DNA of 64,000 nt. Source: Eledone cirrhosa (Eukaryota). Below the pieces are notes generated by a model. The model did not search any database and was not told where the DNA came from. It saw nothing but the letters and a program-made list of their open reading frames with translations. The translations under genes and the position numbers were made by a program. The stretch is taken from assembly GCA_964016885.1 (NCBI GenBank), contig OZ024741.1, positions 191,890,001 to 191,954,000 on the forward strand, read 5' to 3'. Shown here in pieces: positions 1 to 13,386 of the stretch (position 1 is its first letter; the number at the start of each line of letters is the position of its first letter).

Positions 1-832
1 ACATTTGCAAAAAAAATTGGATATATAAAAGATGAAAGAAACAAGGAGCGAGATGATTACTATAGACTAGACCACCTGTGACACGGGTCACGTTCACTTA
101 AAAATATTTAAATAATCAAAATATACAGATATGTATATAATGTAAAATGAAATTGAAAGGCCCCTATATATATATATATACCTCGATATATGCGGGTGTC
201 TGTGACCTATATACACCGGTCACAGACACACACACATACACTAAGAAACCCTTTCTATTAGCAGTATACAGTAATGCTGTATTTGTTTCTTTAAAGTCAC
301 CGGTTATAATTGCATTCAACAACACCACCAGCTCTCTCTCTCTCTCTTCCAGTCTCCTTCTCTCTAACTCTCTCTATGTCTCTCTTTCAATCTACTCTCA
401 CATAACCACTTTCTATCTGTTTATGAAGCTACCCGGAAAAACCCCGTATCTTGGAAACCCATGCTTCGATTTAGGTGAAACTTGTTTTATTCCATTTGTA
501 TTCCCCTTTCAGGGTCAACTTCCTTTCAAAGTATTTTCCCATTATGCGCCCTTTTGGCTGTATAAAATTATAAGCAAGCAAGCAATCAATTGCAGAGTTT
601 TAGTAATATATAGATAGATGAAGAATAATAAACATATAACATCACAAATCGACATGTTTTCAACCAGCACAACTATTTTCAGAAGATGCTCCACAAAATT
701 CATGAGAAAAATTTTATGGACAACTTAATATATATTTACTTTTAATTGCATTATGCAGCACAACAAGGCATTAAAACTCCCTATAGACCACTGGGCCATA
801 TTGGGTATGATTACTTTAACCCTTTAGCATTT

Positions 833-1020
833 AAACCAGCTGTATTTGGCAAGAATTCTTTCATCTCTTTCTGTTGAAACCAGCTGTATTTGGCAAGAAT
901 TCTTTCATCTCTTTCTGTTGAAACCAGCTGTATTTGGCAAGAATTCTTTCATCTCTTTCTGTTGAAACCAGCTGTATTTGGCAAGAATTCTTTCATCTCT
1001 TTCTGTTGAAACCAGCTGTA
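833..1020. repeat. 44-bp tandem repeat, about 4.3 copies
   Basis: Unit AAACCAGCTGTATTTGGCAAGAATTCTTTCATCTCTTTCTGTTG starts at 833, 877, 921, 965 and 1009. Confidence 0.95.
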
Positions 1021-1122
1021 GCTGGCTGCTCATGCTCAAAATAAATAATATCAATATCTCATAGATTTGATATTATGTAAGATAAAGCCTTTACCGTGAA
1101 AATACAATAATAAATATAGAGT

Positions 1123-1313
1123 AATTGTTTCTACTTTTGGCACAAGGCCAGCAATTATCCAGTGCATTACTGGTACTTTATTTTATCGACCCCGTAAGGA
1201 TGAAAGGCAAAGTTAACCTCGGCGGGATTTGAACTCAAACCATAAAGGGGCGTAACTCTTTGCTGCAAAGCATAGCGTCAGACCCTCTACCGATACTGCC
1301 AATCCACCGCCCT
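1123..1313 (-). mobile_element. tRNA-derived SINE, family S1 (Meta-domain-like centre)
   Basis: Head GGCGGTGGATTGGCAGTATCGG, B-box GAGTTCAAATC, centre GCCTTTCATCCTTACGGGGTCGATAAAAT; 20-bp TSD AATAATAAATATAGAGTAAT at 1106-1125 and 1314-1333. Confidence 0.85.
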
Positions 1314-2010
1314 AATAATAAATATAGAGTAATGTAAATGCTAAAGGGTTAAACATTGTCATTGAAAATCTGAAATATATTTATTTCCATAGTGAACCAA
1401 TCAATTCATTAACAATTAGATATCCATATATTCTTCACAGAATTTTTCAGTGTTATGTTTAATTTTATCATTTTCTCTCCACATGGGTTGAATGACCAAC
1501 AAACAAAAATGATTTTTTCCAGAGAGAAAATTAACTTTGAATGCAGAAAACAGATTACAACAGACTGTGTATAAAATATTGAAGAACCCTGTTTTAATTC
1601 TCTTGATACCCAACTACTCCTGGTTCTACAATACAAAACATGAAAGTACTAGTACTAAGGTTAGAACTCATGACTACAAGATCACTATGTCACCATTTTA
1701 AGCTCACATTCATTGTGCCTCTAATATAAGATAAACAGGGTGCAGCAAAAATACCTACCACACCCTGTAGTTGCAAGACACACACACATGTATATCTACA
1801 CACACAATTCAAGATTAAAAAAAGACTAACACAGGGATACAATTACACAGTCTTAGTTTCATGCTTGGTGGAAAAAAAAAAGAGGAATGTTTCAATGTAT
1901 CTGATATTTGTCTTTCACCAGGAGTAATGTTATGGGAAAGAGGAGGCTGGAAGGTTGAAGTAGAAGAAAAAAAAGGTGTGTGTGTGTGGGGGGGGGGGGG
2001 GGGGGGGGTA

Positions 2011-3226
<1,216 letters not shown>

Positions 3227-4019
3227 TTAGTTATTACAATAAATGTATAGCAACTATTGCCCTAAATATATATACCTTCCAGTCTACCTTGCAAGGTGGT
3301 CATACTGGTAACATGACAAAAAAAAATGTTAAAACGCCTAGACCACCCTGTCAGATGGTCACGCTGGTGACACAACAAAATGTGGCCAGTGCACCCTGTA
3401 AGGCGGTTGTGCTGGTGACAACAAAAACAACCCAGTCCACCCTATTAGATCATCATTTTGGTGCCACAATAAAAGCAACTAGTCCACACTGTAATGTGGT
3501 TATTGTTAGGAAGGGCATCCAAGCCAAAATGCAAGTTTGTATGAACAAAACATGGTCTCCTGACCCAACTTGTCTCATAACGTGATGACTGGTCAAACCC
3601 ATGCAAACGGATGAAGATAATCCTTAAGGAAGAATATGTTTGCAAAAACAAAGTCATAAAAAGAAAAACAAAAATCACAATTTCTATAGTTTCAGAATTT
3701 TACTAAAAAAAAAAAAAAAATTATTTCCTGAATTAATTTCAAAATGAAAATTACAGAAAAATAATTTTAATTAACAATAATTTCATTTTTTATTTCATAA
3801 ATAAATTTAAAACACTGAAAGTCTTTATGATTTGGCAAAAATATTTAACAGTTAAAACTGCTTCCCTACAGACTAAGTGTTCTTTTAAAAAATAGAAAAT
3901 AATTTATCACTTTTAAGCTTTCTGACTGTTCACATATCTGGTACAGCACAGCTGTTGCATGTATGCCTTGTGCACACACACGACTGCATCCAATATACTT
4001 TTATGTTTTTTTTTATGAA

Positions 4020-4770
4020 TCTGAGTGTCTTTCCTCCACTACACCTTCAATACCATGAGTTTTTATTCTTCCTCCATGACATCACCCACAATACCATGAG
4101 TCTCTCCACTACATAACTTCTAATACCTTGATCCTCTCTCCTTTTTCCACTCCATCACCTCCAATAACCAGAGTCTCTCTCTTTCCTTCACTACATAATC
4201 TCTCCAATAGTCTGAGTCTCTCTCTTTCCTCACTCCTTCCTCCACTACATCTTGTCCAATACCTTGAGTCTCTCTCCATTATATCACCTCCACTACCTTC
4301 CGGCTTTCTCCACTACATCATCTTCAATAACTTCAATCTCTCTCCTTCCTCCACTACATCACACCCAATCCTTTGTCTCTCTCTCTTCTACATCAGCTCC
4401 AATACATTGAGTCACTCTCCTCCCTCCACTGCCAATTCCAATACCTTGAGTCACTCTCCTTCCTGCACTACATCACCTACAATACCCTGAGTGTCTCCCC
4501 TTCTTCCACTAACTTGAGTCCCTCTCCTTCCTCCTCTATATCACCACCATGTAATGGTGTAAGATGTGATGTGCTGGAGGAAGAAGAGAGATTCAAGGTA
4601 TTGGAGGTGATGTAGTGGAGGAAGGAGAGGGACCCAAGGTTTTGGAGGTCATGGTGTGGAGGAAGGAGGGAGACTCAAGGTATTCGGGGTGATGGAGTGG
4701 AGGAAAACTCGAGATAGTGGAGGAATGAGAGAAACTCAGGGTATAGGAGGTGATGTAGTTGGGTAAGGAA
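4020..4770. repeat. Diverged ~40-bp minisatellite that switches orientation near 4550
   Basis: TCCTTCCTCCACTACATCACCTCCAATACCTTGAGTC-like units on + up to about 4550, then their reverse complement (GGTATTGGAGGTGATGTAGTGGAGGAAGGA). Confidence 0.8.
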
Positions 4771-4779
4771 GGAGATTGT

Positions 4780-5950
4780 TAGCAACTGTTTCTGTTACCT
4801 TGGAATTTGGAAATGAGAGCAATAGATCAACAGTTGACAGGGTCTCACTGTACCAGGTTTGCAAAGACTGAGATAGGAGATATTCTGAAGCTCATAATTT
4901 GAGAGTAATGGAAGTTACATTGCTAAAAAAATAAAAGTGAAATGTTCACACTTAGCCTCTATTTGTAGATGGCAATGAGTCAGGTGAAATTAAAAGGAAT
5001 ATTTTGTGATTGTGTGTATCCCACAGTTGGAGGCAAAGCAAGCAGCAAATGTAGCTCTTTTTGTGATAGTACTGTTTATAATTCCATCTTTGTTTGAGAA
5101 TGTGTAGAGTAATTCCCCCAAAGATGGTAGAGATCCTGTTAGAAAGGGACTGGCAGCAATGGCTAGTAGGATGCTATTTTTTGGATTATAGTTTTGCAAG
5201 AAGTGAAATGATATCACCTACTTAGCAAGATTTTGTTTGTGTTGTAAATGAACCACTGAGTAGATACAATTATGAGTTTTAGTTGTGTGAGGGATATGAA
5301 GAAATATATGGCTTAGAAGATGATTTTGATCACTGGGCTAGCTATCTCTATTGAGATAAGAATGAAACTCATCTAGTACAAGAGATAGTCAGGGATATTG
5401 AGTAGGAAATAGTTAAATGATCTGATAAATGAGATGATCAAAAGATCAAGAGCCTTTGGAGTGTGTGTGTGTCGGACACATGTAAATGATGATACACCAA
5501 CTGTTGCAGACAGTTAAGAAAGGCAAAAAGTTCCTGCAACCATTAGCATTGATATGGGAAGAACATAAAAGCATAGTTGTGAACATTGAAATCATCAAAG
5601 ACGGATTATGAAGTACAAGTCCCCAATACAGGACAAGATTCAATCTAACAGTTGCTGATTGTTAAAAGTATTCAGTGATATAGGCAACAGATGAATTTAG
5701 AAGAGTGAGATAGGTAACTAGTGAAAAGTCTTGTTCCTATATATGTGCAGATGTCACCTGTAAGAATGAAGCAGAGTGTAGGTAGCAGAGATGGTCTAGA
5801 GACAAGGAATGCCAGATTTGTGTCAGTGTGGCTTGCATGTAAGGAGGTAATGAGTGGGCTTCAGCTTGAACCAAAGACCACAGATGTTGGTGTACATGGG
5901 AAAGAGTTCCAGTAGATTGAGCGCAATTCATATTTGATTATATTTTATTG
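4780..5950 (-). mobile_element. Highly degraded LINE remnant, possibly L2/CR1 endonuclease region
   Basis: Short frameshifted peptide traces resembling the PTHxxGxxLDL motif of AP endonucleases near 5440-5480; weak. Confidence 0.3.
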
Positions 5951-6469
5951 TTCATTTGATCTTGCTTTAGTGGTGGAGGAGGAAAAGGAAACCATAACTA
6001 ACATGTTGCCGCTAACCAATGTTTCAATCTTATGAGGCTTGACTGTTGTTTCTACCAGTATCCTTTGATAAACAGTGTCACTGGGGTTAAGAAACCCTTT
6101 CTACCAATATCCTCTGATTAACTATGCAACTTCAGTAGAAGGTGGCACTTCAAGAACTGTATTATCTCCTGACTAGAATCTTCATCCAAATGCTTTCAAT
6201 AGAGTGAACACACTTAAGATAACTAAGAGCTAGGTGGTGGTGTTGAATAAAGCAATGTTTTGGGACTAACACCAAAACCCAATATAGAAAAATGGGTCTT
6301 TTTGTTTTATTACAAAGGCAGTTTGTCTTTCCTGTGGCTGAAAAACACACACCCTACTCCTCAGCTCATTTACTGACAGGTGATTGCAGATTTGTAATGA
6401 TACAGAAGAAAGTAAGTACTCATCCAATCGGTCGTCACCACTGAGGCGATGCTCTTTCTCTCCGGCTTA

Positions 6470-7985
6470 TTCTTCCTCACGTTCAGGGTACTGTTGGCAC
6501 CATTATTGTTTTGGTCAAGCTGCTCAGAAATGCAATCCTCCATGTTCTTCTTCTACCCAGGGAAACTCTTTGCGGGAGAACTGAGCACGTCAACTCCCTT
6601 GTCAGTACCCACACATAATTGTGCATTTTTCATCAAGGATTTGTCTTCACGAGAACATTGTCTGATTGACATGGGTGCAGCTTGTAGTGTATGGCCATTG
6701 AAGCTTCTTAAGGCTAAACCTCCACTTTCACCAATTTCTCAAGAAGCTGTCAATCATTCTGATATTCCTACTTATGGCCAAATCTCTCGCTCTTTGGACC
6801 TGAATTTATGTAGAGATCTTACCTGGATTTTCATCATTGCAGATCTGCCGTATCCTATCCTGGGCGCCAATTTCTTACACCAGTACAATCTTCTTCTGGA
6901 TATGCGGGTACGTCCTTTATTAGATACAACCACAGACATTTCCATTCCTGGTCGGTCATTGACCCAGTTTATCGGCCCAATCTTCTTTATCGCTGCTTCT
7001 GATGCCCCATATCAATTACTTTTACATTCCTTTCCAGAATTGACCAATTTGAACTTTGAAGTGAGTACTCCCACGCACTATCAAATATTTTATCAAAACT
7101 AAAGGCGCTCCTGTTTTATCTCACTCTCGTCGACTCTCTCTGGAAAAATTGAAAGCAGCCAAGGTGGAATTCAGTCATATGCTGCAGTTAGGAATTATTT
7201 GCCCTTCCACCAGTCCATGGGCTAGTCCTTTACATATGGCCCCGAAACGCTCTGGAGATTGGCATCCTACAGGAGACTTTAAACGTTTGAATTCAATCAC
7301 TGTGCCAGATCGATATCCGATCCCCCACATCCAAGATTTTGCTTCTCTCAACAGGTGTACCATCTTTTCAAAATTGGACCTGGTCAAAGCTTACCATCAA
7401 ATGCCTGTAAATCCTGCTGTGACCACTCCTTTTGGGGCATTTGAATTTCTAATTATGCCTTTTGGATTAGGAAATGCAGCAGGCACCTTCCAGCGTTTTA
7501 TGGATGAGGTCGTTCACGATTTAGATTTTGTATACTCCTATATCGAGGACATTCTAGTTGCAGGTACTTCACCTGAAAAACATGTCACTCACCTCCGCCT
7601 ACTTTTTTAGCAATTTAAGCAGTACCAAGTTTGCATTAACCCTGCGAAGTGTGTTTTTGGTGCGTCTTCACTTGTCTTTTTGGGCTATGTCATCAGCGCC
7701 AACGGCATATCACCAGTTCCAGTTAAAGTGAAAGCTCTTCAGGATCTTTCTCCACCTACTTCTTTGCGACAGCTTCGGCAGTTCCTTGATCTTCTGAATT
7801 ACTATTGTCGTTTTATTCCACATTGCGCAGACCTCCTAACCCCTCTATCTGATTTCCTTTGGAATAGAAAAAAGAAGGACGAGTCTATTTCTCTTGACAC
7901 GGTTCAGCTTGAAGCATTCACCAAAGTCAAACAGGCATTGGCTAACGCTTCTCTCATTACATATCCTTTGCCTGATGCCCAGCTA
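6470..7985 (+). mobile_element. Gypsy/Ty3 LTR retrotransposon gag-pol remnant
   Basis: Gag knuckle CWHHYCFGQAAQKCNPPC, protease LIDMGA, RT motifs PWASPLHM / [10 protein letters not shown] / MPFGL / YIED and start of the RNase H linker; stops and frameshifts; no LTRs seen. Confidence 0.9.
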
Positions 7986-9360
7986 CAAGTCTTGGCAGGC
8001 TGAAAAACTAGCAGCAACTGAACTGTTTGTTTTAAATATTCATGACCGTCACTGGTTCTGTTTACATGGTAACAGCACAGCGTCTTGTAAACAATTTAGA
8101 AATATTTACATTTGACAGGAAGGCATAAGCAAATTGTTACTCATTTAGCGAGGATAGAAGCTAGGTAACAAGTATACTTTGCAAGAAGGGAAACAGAAAA
8201 CAAGAAATTTAAACAAGTTCAGCAACGCAAGACCAAAGGGTGTGAGGTGTTCAGGAATGTGAGGCAGTGTGTCAGGGAAAATTCTGATGTTGATGGAGAG
8301 AAGTGTGTCCGAGACGATATTGGTGTACTTGTCCTCACTGATAATAAAAAGGTAGCATGGAAATGCCACTATGGAAGACTACTGAATAAGGAGAATGCAT
8401 GGGAAGAAAATAGTTTGCTTCAAATAAATCCAACAGAGGGACCAGCTGTACAAGTCAGTAGTAGCATAGTAAGAAAGGCAATTAAGGATATGAAGACAAG
8501 CAAAGCAGTTGGACCTTCAGAGATAGTTGCTTAGATGTTGAAAGCATCTGGGATGGAAGGTCATGCCTTAACCACTCGTATTGTAAACCAAGTAATACAA
8601 AATGGTGTCATTCCCAATGACTGGCACAGCAACAGCATCGTCAACTGCTACAAGAGCAAAGGAGATACTCTAGACAGAAAACTATGGAGGCATCAAGTTG
8701 ATTGCCCAGGTCATAAAGGTCACAGAAAGTTATAGCAAAGCTGATCAGGGACCAAGTTAACCTAGATGAGATGCAGTTTGGATTTGTGCCAGGTAAAAGT
8801 ACCACTCATGCCCACTTCCTTTTGAAACAACTGCACAAGTACCAAGCAAATGTAAACCCCTCTACTTGGCATTTGTTGACCTGGAGGAAGTTTTTGAAAG
8901 AGTCCCCCGTTCCATTATCTGGTAGGCTCTTAGAAAACTAGGAGTAGATGAGTGGTTTGTGAGGACAGTACAAGCCATGTAGAGGAACAGTCAGCAAAAT
9001 TAGAATTAATAACGACTATATTGAAGAATTTAGCATGCAGGTTGGTGTCCATCAAGGCTCCACCTGTTTATCATCATCCTGCAGGCTATAACAAAAGAGT
9101 TTAAGACTAGCTACCCATAGGAACTTCTGTATGCAGATGACCTAACCATTACAGCTGAAGCTGTGGCAGAACTACAGAAGAAATTCCAAATCTGGAAGCA
9201 AGGCCTGGAATCATAAGGTCTTAAAGTTAACTTGTCTCAGAGTAAAGTCCTAGTATGTAGAAAGGAAAACAGGGTCCAGATCCCCTCTGGGAAATGGCCT
9301 TGCTCAATATGCAGGAAAGGAGTAGGTAGAAATTCCATTCTATTCCTCAAATGCAAGCTA

Positions 9361-9694
9361 TCATCATCATCATTTTATGTCCGCTTTTCCCTGCTTGCAA
9401 GGGTGGGACGGGAACTGATTCTGGCTTGATTTCTACAGCTGGATGCCCTTCCTAACACCAGCCTCATTTACAGTGAGTACTGGGTGCTTTTTTGCCGTGG
9501 CACCTCCACGACCACTTTGCAGTGGAATGATATGGACCCCAGTCCCTATTATCTAATTTCTACAGCTGAGTAAACTGGAACAATGTGAAATAAAGTGTCT
9601 TGCTCAAAGAAACAACACATCACCCGGTCTGAGAATTGAACTCACCTTTTTCGATTGCAAGGCCAATGCTCTAACCATTAAGCCATGTGCCTCC
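9361..9694 (-). mobile_element. tRNA-derived SINE, family S2, with RTE-type 3' tail
   Basis: Same sequence as 15590-15920; A/B boxes; tail GGTGTTAGGAAGGGCATCCAGCTGTAGAAA...(TGA)n shared with the RTE 3'UTR. Confidence 0.85.
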
Positions 9695-9716
9695 ATAAAA
9701 AAAACATATTTGCTAT

Positions 9717-9790
9717 CGTCCCTGGGTGGACTCGAACCACCAACCTTTCGGTTAACAGCTGAACACGCTAACCGATTGCGCCACAGAGAC
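9717..9790 (-). tRNA. trnN: tRNA-Asn(GTT), probably a retrocopy or pseudogene
   Basis: GTCTCTGTGGCGCAATCGGTTAGCGTGTTCAGCTGTTAACCGAAAGGTTGGTGGTTCGAGTCCACCCAGGGACG, 74 nt, anticodon GTT; A-C mismatch in the anticodon stem; T8 run downstream. Confidence 0.9.
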
Positions 9791-12280
9791 GGCTGACAAA
9801 CTATGGGTATACAAAAGATGAAGTGAGACTTCAAGTAAGTAGAAAGAGCCCACATGATACTAGCTCCTTTAAATTCCCAGACAGGCTCTATAGAAGTAGT
9901 TTTTGTTTCTTGGGCGACCAAATTAGCAGTGGAGGTAGTTGTTCCCTAAGTACAGTAGCCAAAGTGAGAACAGGATGGGTAAAGTTCAGGGAGCTACTAC
10001 TGCTGCTAGCTACAAAAGGTTTTCCTTGAAAATGAAGGGCAGATTGTATGATGTGTGTATACAAACAGCAATGGTGCATGGTAGTGAGACCTGGGCACTG
10101 TGTGCAGAGGACCTGAGAAGATTGGAAAGAAATAAAACTGGCATGCTTCAATGAATGTGTAATAGTAATACATGAACAATAAAGCATAAATGAACTGAGA
10201 GATAAACTGGGCATAAGAGGGATCAGATGCAGTGTGCAGGAGAAGGAGAGAAGATTGCATTGCTATGGACATTTGATGCGTATGAAGGATAACAGCTGTA
10301 TAAAAAGGTGCAGTGTGCTCAAAGTTGATGTAAGACCTAGGAAGAATTGGGATGAGGTGATAAAAGCTGACCTCGTGCCTAATTGCATCGCTCAAAGGTG
10401 ATGGCACAAGGTAGAGATCTCTGGCGTTATGCAGTAATACAAAGACTCATCTTTCTATGTGCTCAAGATGAAGCATACATCTATATGCACCACTTTTCCT
10501 CCACTTCCCCTCCCACATCCTAACACTCCATGTTCTAACACCACACTCCTCATCCACGACCATACACCCCTGCCCTTCATCAGATAAGTGCCTCATCATA
10601 GATGTACCTCTCTAATCTCCATATATCTTCCAGCCCCCATGATAAAAAGTGCTCAGCCCACACTATAAAGTGGTTGTGTAGGTGCCACAACAAAAAGCAC
10701 TGTCCACACTGTAAATGTGGTTGGTTGGCATTAGGAAGGGCATCAAGCCATAGAAACCAAACCAGAAACAGTTCTGTATGAGCAAGACACAATTGTCTGA
10801 TCTAGCTTGTCTCACAATGGGACAACTCGTCTAACCAATGCTATCGTGGAAAATTGAATGTGTGATGATGATGATGATTAGCTATCTGAATTTTTCTGGA
10901 AAGAGAGTTGATATTGAATAAAGAACACTTAAGCAGTGTATATATTGAACAGTATTTTGTGAAGTATTAATAATATATTAACAAAAGAGAACCAGTAAGG
11001 TTACAAAAAGTTACAAAAATACTTTTTTAAAAACTGCTAGTTTTTTATGTCTAAAAATGCTTTACATGAGTTATGCTTTGATCCTCAAATATGTTATAAC
11101 AAGAAATTAAAATAACAAAAACTAGCAACTTAACAATCACAAAAAGAATTTGAACATCATGCATGATGTGATCCATAATGAAAAATATAGGTCACTGAAA
11201 TAACTTCAAGATAAAGTATATGTTAAAAAGAAACAGTTCTATTTTGCATTTGCAAAAATGCTTTTGATAGTGTCCCACACTCTATAGAATAATGAATATT
11301 AAAAAGTTAAGTGCAGTAAAATACTTGTAAGAACTATTTCAAACCATGAACAAGTGCTGTCATGTAGGTGAATGTTTATCAAGGCTCTGACAACTTCCTC
11401 ATATTCGTTATAGTCCATGAGAATTTTTATATACCAATGAACCTAATCCTATAGCAGAGAAAAAGTTTCAGACCTAAAGGAGTGATCTAAAGTTCAAAAA
11501 CTAAAGTGCTAATTAATAACAGAGAATACAAAATCCAGTTTTATCTGGGAAATAGCATTTCTTCATATGTAGGAAAGGAATAAGTTGTCAATATAGTGTG
11601 TACTCAGTACAAATAATGGGTATACAAAATATACATTGAGATCTCTGGCACACTGACAAAGAACCAGTTTTTCAAATATGTTAGAACAGGTGTAGTTAGT
11701 AGTAGGGGCAACCATGAAACACAGTCTATGAAGTGTTCAGACAACTCACTTGACATAATTACCATTACAGAAGTGGACTTAATTAATGTTGGCTGTAACA
11801 TAGTTGCAGGGCAAGGAAGTGGGTGGGAGAATTTATGAACAAAGTACAAAAAGCAAACTGTATATATATGTAAGACAAGTGGATGTAAGAGCAGCTGAGC
11901 ATTAGTTGATAAATGTGTGATGTGAACAAATACTAGGTAAAAAAAGTTGTGTGCTGTCAATAGAGACTAATCACAGAAGAAGCCATAGAAATCAGATCTC
12001 AGAAACGCTGAACTTTGAGGAATTAATAACAGATTAAGACAAGTGAAGATATGTTGTATGTTAGATCTGTCCAGCTAATGTCAGCATAGAAAAATAGATG
12101 TTATAATGTAGACAGTGATATTTCAAATGAACAGGAAACATTGTGTACTAAAAACAGACAATTGCTTTTCTGTTAATAATGGTAATATTATAATGTCTGA
12201 AAAATAAAATTGCTGCTTGCTATCAAACTAGCTTCTATCTTAAGAAAGTGCCTCATTTTATGTCAAATGGAATTAATAAA

Positions 12281-12311
<31 letters not shown>

Positions 12312-12312
12312 C

Positions 12313-12371
<59 letters not shown>

Positions 12372-12375
<4 letters not shown>

Positions 12376-12811
12376 TACTTGGGGAGGGTCATATTTGTGT
12401 AATATTGCCAGAATTAATAACAGAACACACCCACTGTTTGGTTGGTTTTCGCTTCTCGCTGTCTTTTATATCTGTAATCTAACTTACTCGGTCCTCAATG
12501 TTGCCATTGACTGACCGACGGTCAAAAATAATATTACAGATACAATATAGACACAAACACATATATAAAGTTTATCATAAATCTTTCGTTGCACATCTGC
12601 AATATCGTCAGTGGTGTTATATTTTCCTCCTGTTGTGTTGTATGTCTACGTCATTTTTTATTCAGTCTGTCTAAGTTAGATTACAGATATAAAAGACAGC
12701 GAGAAGCGAAAACCAACCAAACAGTGAGTGTGTTCTGTTATTAATTCTGGCAATATTACACAAATATGACTCTCCCCAAGTATAACAATATTTGTTTCGA
12801 CACACGATTTC
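12372..12811. mobile_element. Fold-back non-autonomous Penelope-like derivative in (TA)n
   Basis: Inverted arms 12372-12486 and 12672-12786; termini and tail (TTTCGACACACGATTTC) resemble those of the PLE at 24884-28992. Confidence 0.7.
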
Positions 12812-13154
12812 ATATATATATATATATATATATAGTAGTAGTAGTTCCACAACAGTTAGTTCACCATACCAAATGTTTCACCTGATGCAGATCTTCAGCT
12901 CGGTCTGAATGAAGTTGTACGGAAAAGGAAAAACAACCGTACGAATCCACATGCGCAGAAACGGTCACTTCTCCTGGCCAAGGTATCCCATGGTCAATCG
13001 ATGTAAGGGATATAACTCTGGATATCCGGAATAAATTATTCGAGTTATTCAGAAAAATTAGATTGTTGATGTTATTCAATCTGGAGCTTAGTAATTATGT
13101 AAAAGGTGTTTCCAGACGTGTGGACAACGTGAAAAAAGTTCATTCATATATATA

Positions 13155-13271
13155 TATTTATTAAAATAACAGATTAAAGTTTAAGCAAAGAATCAGTGCT
13201 TTCACCCGATCCCATTAAGGGTGAAAGCAGCGATTCTTTGCTCAAACTTTAATCTGTTATTTTAATAAATA
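13155..13271. repeat. Fold-back hairpin element in (TA)n
   Basis: TATTTATTAAAATAACAGATTAAAGTTT...GCTTTCACCC pairs with GGGTGAAAGC...AAACTTTAATCTGTTATTTTAATAAATA; arm sequence recurs at about 2465-2518 and about 14604-14645. Confidence 0.8.
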
Positions 13272-13350
13272 TTTGGTCTACAGTTTTTATATATATATTA
13301 TCCTTATCGAGCTCTCTTTGGATTTTAGTCTTCACATTTATTACTATTAT

Positions 13351-13384
<34 letters not shown>

Positions 13385-13386
<2 letters not shown>

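Larger units (their letters stand above)
820..1348. mobile_element. Non-autonomous piggyBac-type element (MITE)
   Basis: TTAA|CCCTTTAGCATTTA ... TAAATGCTAAAGGG|TTAA: terminal inverted repeats with a TTAA target-site duplication (TSD). Confidence 0.8.
8113..10878 (+). mobile_element. Degraded, 5'-truncated RTE LINE, interrupted at 9361-9796
   Basis: RT motifs (MQFGFVPGKST, ELLYADDL), C-terminal HGSETWAL, RTE-type 3'UTR and (GAT)n tail; many stops. Confidence 0.9.

Noticed and set aside
415-495. TTTATGA...GAAAC hammerhead-like text
   Set aside because: The core lacks CTGA, and stems I and III do not pair convincingly.
833-1020. Regular repeats resembling a CRISPR array
   Set aside because: Contiguous units without spacers, eukaryotic context, no cas genes.
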